From positions 493,766 through 557,765 of the forward strand of contig JAOPTR010000016.1 of assembly GCA_051531935.1 (NCBI GenBank): a stretch of DNA of 64,000 nt, written 5' to 3'. This document shows, piece after piece, positions 58,561 to 64,000 of the stretch (its first letter is position 1; each line of letters begins with the position of its first letter). The notes under the pieces were generated by a model, which did no database searches, was not told where the DNA came from, and saw nothing but the letters and a program-made list of their open reading frames with translations. Source of the stretch: Hyphomicrobiales bacterium. GTDB taxonomy: Bacteria; Pseudomonadota; Alphaproteobacteria; Rhizobiales; OSC116. Position numbers and translations under genes: made by a program.

Positions 58561-59349
58561 TTACATTTTTATAGCGTCGCAACGCCTAAATACACCTTCG
58601 GCAAAATCAGTCACTTTACCATCATCATGGCGCAAAATTAATGCGGGCAACATTTTCAATGGTGAGCGACTGCCCTTTTTGGCCTGCAGTAAAAACCGCA
58701 CAGCAGGGCTGTTTTGTTTGCCAAATATCGGCCGAATGCAAATGTCCCCCACTCGGTTTTCCAATATCTTCAATACCGAATATAAATGTTCCATGGGGTA
58801 GATTAGGGTCAGGTGGCATTTATTCTTCAAAACACGCACCATAAATATAAGCCATTTTTCCAATTCATCATGGCTCATACTATGCGCCAACGCCTTATAG
58901 TCATTGTTAGAAACCTTACCTTTAGCAGAATCAAAAAATGGCGGATTAGAAAATACATGGTCAAAACCATCGGATTTTAAACCCAAATTTTCCATCTCTG
59001 CGGCAGAGCTAAAAATATCAGCATGCACAAGCTCAATCTGATGCTTAAAACTATTTCCTTCAATGTTAAAACGCGCAAATTCAGCAACATCCGCAAGTTT
59101 TTCAACTGCGCTTATATGTGGTTTATTTTCAGCCAAAGCCATCCGCGCCATATAACATATAGAAGGCGCGCCCACACCGGCTCCCACTTCCAACATTTTC
59201 CCCGCCATCATCGGCAGAGCAGCAGCTAATAGCAAAGCATCCGTCCCTGCACGATAACCTTTTTTGGGTTGCCGCAATGTCACTTTACCATCTAAAAATT
59301 CATCATCGCTATAGTTAGTCTGCACGGGTTCAGTCATTAGCCTAGTCAT
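58561..59349 (-). CDS. SAM-dependent N6-adenine methyltransferase (TrmN6/YfiC-like)
   Basis: MLEVGAGVGAPS (motif I) and the FSNPPFF (NPPF) catalytic motif. Confidence 0.75.
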   Translation of the reverse strand: MTRLMTEPVQTNYSDDEFLDGKVTLRQPKKGYRAGTDALLLAAALPMMAGKMLEVGAGVGAPSICYMARMALAENKPHISAVEKLADVAEFARFNIEGNSFKHQIELVHADIFSSAAEMENLGLKSDGFDHVFSNPPFFDSAKGKVSNNDYKALAHSMSHDELEKWLIFMVRVLKNKCHLTLIYPMEHLYSVLKILENRVGDICIRPIFGKQNSPAVRFLLQAKKGSRSPLKMLPALILRHDDGKVTDFAEGVFRRCDAIKM

Positions 59350-59570
59350 TGGTTATATTGTTCCGCAAGGGATAAATAAACCTTATGAGCCTCTTCATAT
59401 TCATCATCAATCACCATAATGCGGCGTTGAAAAGCCCCAATAGAACCTTCAATCATTGATATATTCTCATCAAAAATAAACGTTTTAATGTCCTCTTGTT
59501 CCAATATATTTCGAACATAAGATATAAATACGGGGTCTAGACTTTCAAACAATAATCTCATAATCTCCAC
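59346..59570 (-). CDS. DUF2007 domain-containing protein
   Basis: 74 aa with the architecture typical of DUF2007. It overlaps the methyltransferase gene by 4 nt. Confidence 0.55.
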   Translation of the reverse strand: MEIMRLLFESLDPVFISYVRNILEQEDIKTFIFDENISMIEGSIGAFQRRIMVIDDEYEEAHKVYLSLAEQYNQ

Positions 59571-59659
59571 TCATAAAGTATTTCACAACATTTTGACTTG
59601 ACGTTATCACAATAAACCCTCAAATAATAAATGTAATTCAAATTAAAGAGGCGACAAAT

Positions 59660-60679
59660 ATGGCCGTTATTCTGCAATATAAAAAAGATAGCAAACCAGA
59701 TCTAGCTTTATTGCTCGAATTAACTAAACACGACATGGGTCGAGTGAACGAAAACATCCTTTCACACACAGGCTCTCACGTTAAAACCATTCCTCAAGTT
59801 GCCAATTATCTTATTGATAGTGGCGGCAAACGCATCCGTCCTATGTTAATGATTGCCGCCTCACAAATGTGCGATTATGAGGGCGATCATCATATTGTCA
59901 TTTCGACCGCCATAGAATTCTTACACACCGCCACTTTACTGCATGATGATGTGGTGGATGATAGTGATGTAAGACGTGGCAAACAAGCCGCACGTAAAAT
60001 TTGGGGTAATGAAAACAGTGTATTGGTTGGCGATTTTCTGCTAGCTCGTACTTTTAATATGATGGTTAAAACAGGTTCTCTAGACTGCCTAAACAGCCTT
60101 TCTGGTGCAGCAGTTACCATTTCCGAAGGCGAAATTATGCAGCTCGCCGCGGCTAAAAACACAAGCACAACCGAAGATCATTATCTAAAAATTATCCATG
60201 CCAAAACCGCAGCATTGTTTGAAAGCGCTTGCGAAATGGGCGCGATGATTTCAGGCGCAAGCGAAGAACAGCGCCAAGCACTACACGCATTTGGCCACAA
60301 TTTAGGCATTGCCTTCCAATTGGTCGATGATGCGCTTGATTTTGGCAACGGTTCTGGCCTAGAAGCTCAATTAGACAAAAATATTGGCGATGACTTCCGC
60401 GAACAAAAAATCACTCTACCTATTATCTTCGCCTATCGTGAAGGTGACAAAGAGGAACGCCAATTTTGGGATAGATGCCTCAAGCATGGCGATCAAAAAG
60501 ATGGCGACCTAGAATTTGCCATTTCTTTACTTGCCAAATACGACACTTTACGCAAAACAAAATTACGTGCAGAGCATTATGCTTCTAAAGCTGTGCAGGC
60601 CTTGGCTCTATTCCCTGAAAGTGAAATGCGCACAGCACTAGAGCAAACTGTAGCTTTCTGTATCGCACGTGAAATATAG
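59660..60679 (+). CDS. ispB: polyprenyl (octaprenyl-type) diphosphate synthase
   Basis: First DDxxD motif LLHDDVVDDSDVRRG and second motif FQLVDDALDF. Confidence 0.9.
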   Translation: MAVILQYKKDSKPDLALLLELTKHDMGRVNENILSHTGSHVKTIPQVANYLIDSGGKRIRPMLMIAASQMCDYEGDHHIVISTAIEFLHTATLLHDDVVDDSDVRRGKQAARKIWGNENSVLVGDFLLARTFNMMVKTGSLDCLNSLSGAAVTISEGEIMQLAAAKNTSTTEDHYLKIIHAKTAALFESACEMGAMISGASEEQRQALHAFGHNLGIAFQLVDDALDFGNGSGLEAQLDKNIGDDFREQKITLPIIFAYREGDKEERQFWDRCLKHGDQKDGDLEFAISLLAKYDTLRKTKLRAEHYASKAVQALALFPESEMRTALEQTVAFCIAREI

Positions 60680-60688
60680 CAACGGCTA

Positions 60689-61558
60689 TCACGCAAATTT
60701 AGTTGGCTCAACCCACCAGTTTGGGTGAGCCCTCACTAGTTTTCCTGCGGCCAATTGCGCTTGCGCTGCCGTGTTGAAAATCGCAAAACAAGTTGCGCCA
60801 CTGCCACTCATTTGCGCAAACATCGCATCATCACACTCATTCAAAGCCTGTAATATAGTGCCAATTTCAGGGCAAATGCCAATGGCTGCCGCCTGCATGT
60901 CATTTGTTTGATTTTGTAAAAATTCAACCATTTCCTGTGTATCAGCAATTTTATGCGCTGGCCTATCAGCAAACCGATAAGCTGCAATTTCATTCTTGGC
61001 ATTCAGCTCCGTAAATATTTTGGCAGTCGATACCGCTTGGTTTGGGTTGACTAAAACTGCGTTTAATTCAGGCAAATTCGGCCATTCAAGTAAATCTTCG
61101 CCAATACCCGACATAATTACGTTTTTACCACCAAAGCATACAGGCACATCAGCGCCCAACTTCAACAACATATCGTCAATATCGTCTTGTTTATTATATG
61201 CCTGCATAAGCAGTTTTATCGCCATGGCAGCGTTGGATGAACCACCACCAATGCCCGATGCAACAGGTAGGTTTTTTACAAGTTTAAACGCACCGACAAT
61301 CTCAATGTCAAAATGCTGCGCAAATTGCCGTGCCGCTTTCATAATCAAATTACCGGAAACCGCAAAACCCGCCAATTCACTGGCATACGGCCCCGTAATT
61401 TCCAAACTTAGCGGGCTGTCATTAGTGCTAAAACTAAGCTCATCACCAACATCAGCAAAGGTCACCAAGCTTTCCAAAATATGGTAATTATCTGCTCGTT
61501 TGCCGAGAATATGTAAAAATAAATTTATCTTTGCGGGGCATAATGTCTTAAATAACAT
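60689..61558 (-). CDS. ispE: 4-(cytidine 5'-diphospho)-2-C-methyl-D-erythritol kinase
   Basis: CPAKINLFLHILGKRADNYH and the GHMP motif PVASGIGGGSSNAA. Confidence 0.92.
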   Translation of the reverse strand: MLFKTLCPAKINLFLHILGKRADNYHILESLVTFADVGDELSFSTNDSPLSLEITGPYASELAGFAVSGNLIMKAARQFAQHFDIEIVGAFKLVKNLPVASGIGGGSSNAAMAIKLLMQAYNKQDDIDDMLLKLGADVPVCFGGKNVIMSGIGEDLLEWPNLPELNAVLVNPNQAVSTAKIFTELNAKNEIAAYRFADRPAHKIADTQEMVEFLQNQTNDMQAAAIGICPEIGTILQALNECDDAMFAQMSGSGATCFAIFNTAAQAQLAAGKLVRAHPNWWVEPTKFA

Positions 61559-61564
61559 TCAAAA

Positions 61565-63352
61565 TTATCCGTTATCAGCTTTTACAAGTGGTTCATTTAA
61601 CTTGGCTTTTTTCAAGTCCAATGCGTCTAACCCGTTTTGAAGCTTAAACTCTACATCATCATAATTAATTTCAGGCGATTTGAACACTTTGGCATGTTCC
61701 CATCTAAATCTAGCCTCTAATTTTCGGCCTAATTTCCAATATACATCACCTAAATGGTCACTAATGTCAGCGTTGCTTGGGCTTACCAATTGCGCTCTTT
61801 CAAGCTCAATTCTAGCTTCTTCATAACGCTCTAATTTATAATATGCCCAACCCAAACTATCAATAATAAAAGCATTTTGCGGCTGTACCAGCAAAGCCTT
61901 ACCAATCATATCAAGGCCTTCATCCAAATGAACGCCCTTATCCACCCAACTATATCCCAGATAATTCAACGCAAACGCATGGTTTGGCTCTAGCTTTAAA
62001 GTCTGCTGAAAGTCAGCTTCTGCCGATGGCCAGTTTTTCAACATGGCATGGCTCACACCACGGTTAAATAACAAACCAGCATCATTAATCGTCAACAATA
62101 TGCGGCTATCAATCACGCCGCTATAAAACTCAATAGAGTCGGTATATAATTCATTGCGCTTTAGCATGTCGGCATATGCAAGCGTCACCTCTTCATTATT
62201 TTCAGAGGTTTTAATCAATTCTTTCATTTTAGCCATAGCCAAACCATTCTGACCGTTCACTTCCAAGTTATTGGCAATGCGGCTCTGGGCTTTCACATAA
62301 AAAGGGCTATCAACTTCAAATAATTCCAAAATCTCGTTGGAGAATATATATTTCTCCATATTTTCAAAATTTCTAGACAATATATCCAAAATATAAGGGT
62401 TTTTTGGCGCTAAAAATTGTGCGAGCCGCGCATAATTTAAAGATTCATCATAGTTACCCGCACCATAATATATATTGGCTATATGGTAAAAATTATAAGC
62501 CATCGCCTCTTTCGGGCTAGCAATAAATGGTTCAGGTTTTTCGCCAACAGCCAAGCGTTCTCGCGCAGCGGCAATCAATGGATGTTTACCCGCACGGTTT
62601 TCAAAATCCTCATATAACGCAAAAGCTTGCTTTTCTCTTCCAGTACGTTCTAAAAACCGGCCATAAGCATCAATTAAATCAAGCTTGGTTCCACCAAGCA
62701 GTAGTGCATTATTATAAAAATTATCAGCGTCTTTCTGTCTATCTTGCATTTCCGCCAAAATAGCCGAGTTTATCAAATGATAAATCTTATGAAAGCTATT
62801 CTCGTTTAATTTATTCAAACTATCGACAGCCGCTAACGGGTTTTCATCAGCAAAATTAATCCATGTCGAAAGCAAGTTATAACTCATTTCCGAAATCATG
62901 AAGTCATCACCTTCCTCAACATGAGAAATCGCCTGTTTATAATCTTCATTCTTTAGGTGGTAAGAAGCTAAAAATAGTTTTGATAAATAATGATGCCCAG
63001 ATTGCGGCAATTCCAAACCTGCAATGGAGTGATATTTTTGAGCAAACAACCGCGCTTTATCGTGTTCACCGTTAATAAGGCTAATCACAAACAAGCTTTC
63101 AATGACAATCAAATCCTCAGAATCATTCAAATACATGCGCATTAAAAAGTCTGCAGCAGCTCGGTAATCTCGGTTCGAGAGCGCTAAATTCGCGGCTAAA
63201 AATTGCCCCGAATAAGTGCCTATTGCGTGCGTATTGGTGCGTGGTAATTCTTGCGATTTAGAATTCACAACCGTCACACTTAACGCCAAAATAGACGTTA
63301 CAACCGCAGCTTGCTTTAAAAATTTAGTCACCGAAAATTTCTTAATACTCAT
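61565..63352 (-). CDS. tetratricopeptide repeat protein with signal peptide
   Basis: 595 aa with signal peptide KQAAVVTSILALSVTVVNS and multiple TPR units (ALNYLGYSW, GWAYYKLERYEEA). The TPR-ispE linkage is common in alphaproteobacteria. Confidence 0.75.
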   Translation of the reverse strand: MSIKKFSVTKFLKQAAVVTSILALSVTVVNSKSQELPRTNTHAIGTYSGQFLAANLALSNRDYRAAADFLMRMYLNDSEDLIVIESLFVISLINGEHDKARLFAQKYHSIAGLELPQSGHHYLSKLFLASYHLKNEDYKQAISHVEEGDDFMISEMSYNLLSTWINFADENPLAAVDSLNKLNENSFHKIYHLINSAILAEMQDRQKDADNFYNNALLLGGTKLDLIDAYGRFLERTGREKQAFALYEDFENRAGKHPLIAAARERLAVGEKPEPFIASPKEAMAYNFYHIANIYYGAGNYDESLNYARLAQFLAPKNPYILDILSRNFENMEKYIFSNEILELFEVDSPFYVKAQSRIANNLEVNGQNGLAMAKMKELIKTSENNEEVTLAYADMLKRNELYTDSIEFYSGVIDSRILLTINDAGLLFNRGVSHAMLKNWPSAEADFQQTLKLEPNHAFALNYLGYSWVDKGVHLDEGLDMIGKALLVQPQNAFIIDSLGWAYYKLERYEEARIELERAQLVSPSNADISDHLGDVYWKLGRKLEARFRWEHAKVFKSPEINYDDVEFKLQNGLDALDLKKAKLNEPLVKADNG

Positions 63353-63464
63353 CTAACTCAACGTCCCCAGACAAAATCTAATTATCCATAATTTATACTA
63401 GATAAGTTTATATAGTCTTTAACTATAGCAAGATTTTGTCACAATTGTGGGCAAGAATAGATAA

Positions 63465-63956
63465 TTATTTCATCGGAAATAAAGCACATGTTTCGGTTCC
63501 ATGCGCTAGTAACTTACCGTCCAATGTCTTTAAGGTCGCTTCGCTTGTGGCAATCGTGCGTCCAATATGCACTACTTTACCTTCGCACAACACTTCGCCA
63601 GTGTGCTTAAATATCGGCCGCACCAAATGAACTTTAAATTCAATGGTCGAATACCCCATGCCTTTCGGCATTTTCGTATGCACCGCACAACCCAAAGCCG
63701 AATCCATAATCGCGCCAGCCCAACCACCATGCACACTGCCAATGGGGTTATAATGGTCTTCAGTCGCCATGCCTTTAAACACCGCCCGCCCGTCGTCAAC
63801 TTCACTCAAAATAAAGTTTAAAGTCCGTGCCATTGTGGGTGCAGGTAACTCACCTGCAATCATTCTCTGCAGCAATTCCAAACCCGAATATTGCGCCATA
63901 ATTTCAGGTGCTATATTGCCAAAATTTTTGTGCGTATTTATAAATCCGTCGCTCAT
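63465..63956 (-). CDS. PaaI family (hotdog fold) thioesterase
   Basis: 163 aa with NPIGSVHGGWAGAIMDSALGCAV. Confidence 0.8.
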   Translation of the reverse strand: MSDGFINTHKNFGNIAPEIMAQYSGLELLQRMIAGELPAPTMARTLNFILSEVDDGRAVFKGMATEDHYNPIGSVHGGWAGAIMDSALGCAVHTKMPKGMGYSTIEFKVHLVRPIFKHTGEVLCEGKVVHIGRTIATSEATLKTLDGKLLAHGTETCALFPMK

Positions 63957-63965
63957 TTAATCCCC

Positions 63966-64000
63966 TTACATATTCGGATAATTAGGGCCGCCACCGCCTT
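63966..64000 (-). CDS. C-terminal end of electron-transfer flavoprotein:ubiquinone oxidoreductase (gene runs off the right edge)
   Basis: The - strand frame ends ...GGGGPNYPNM-TAA. This resembles the conserved ETF-QO C-terminus (human ...PEGGGGPAYNGM). Only 11 codons are visible. Confidence 0.4.
   Translation of the reverse strand, partial: GGGGPNYPNM

Noticed and set aside
1-64000. Search for CRISPR arrays, transposases, integrases, prophage or known defence-system genes
   Set aside because: I saw no regularly spaced direct repeats, no IS-type inverted repeats flanking a transposase-like ORF, and no nuclease/helicase/methylase clusters. The only HerA-like ATPase (DUF853) stands alone between housekeeping genes and resembles the conserved YjgR family rather than a defence module.

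Overview
AT-rich (about 40% GC by eye, not computed), densely packed chromosomal segment with clear alphaproteobacterial hallmarks: MucR/Ros, DUF1491, DUF6456, TTAA-N7-TTAA (CtrA-type) boxes, and ispB/DUF2007/methyltransferase/S49 peptidase/glyQS/ppdK synteny. It is almost entirely core metabolism and maintenance. Recognisable content includes a 7-gene Mrp/Mnh cation:proton antiporter operon, msrB, oligopeptidase B, sodB, azlCD, methylmalonyl-CoA mutase mutAB, fabI, aroC, dxs-xseB, an acyl-CoA dehydrogenase with an SDR, tsaC/sua5, ygfZ-tag, ppdK, glyQS, ispB, ispE and one tRNA-Gln(UUG). I found no integrase, transposase, CRISPR array, prophage or recognisable defence island. The most unusual parts are listed here. 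(1) Three diverged ASCH-domain paralogs are chained behind an AlkD-like DNA alkylation repair gene. (2) A stand-alone DnaA domain-IV protein is coupled to a DUF6456-like partner next to mucR. (3) A tightly overlapped ygfZ-tag-HD hydrolase-PTP-like phosphatase-degenerate Nudix/winged-helix operon. (4) A GC-rich ~75-bp island is bracketed by identical 14-bp palindromes exactly 100 bp apart. (5) Six perfect TTAA-N7-TTAA boxes lie in or at non-coding DNA, including two in front of one 93-aa acidic ORF. (6) A perfect 16-bp palindrome sits upstream of mutAB. All functional calls rest on motif recognition by eye, since no database search could be run.
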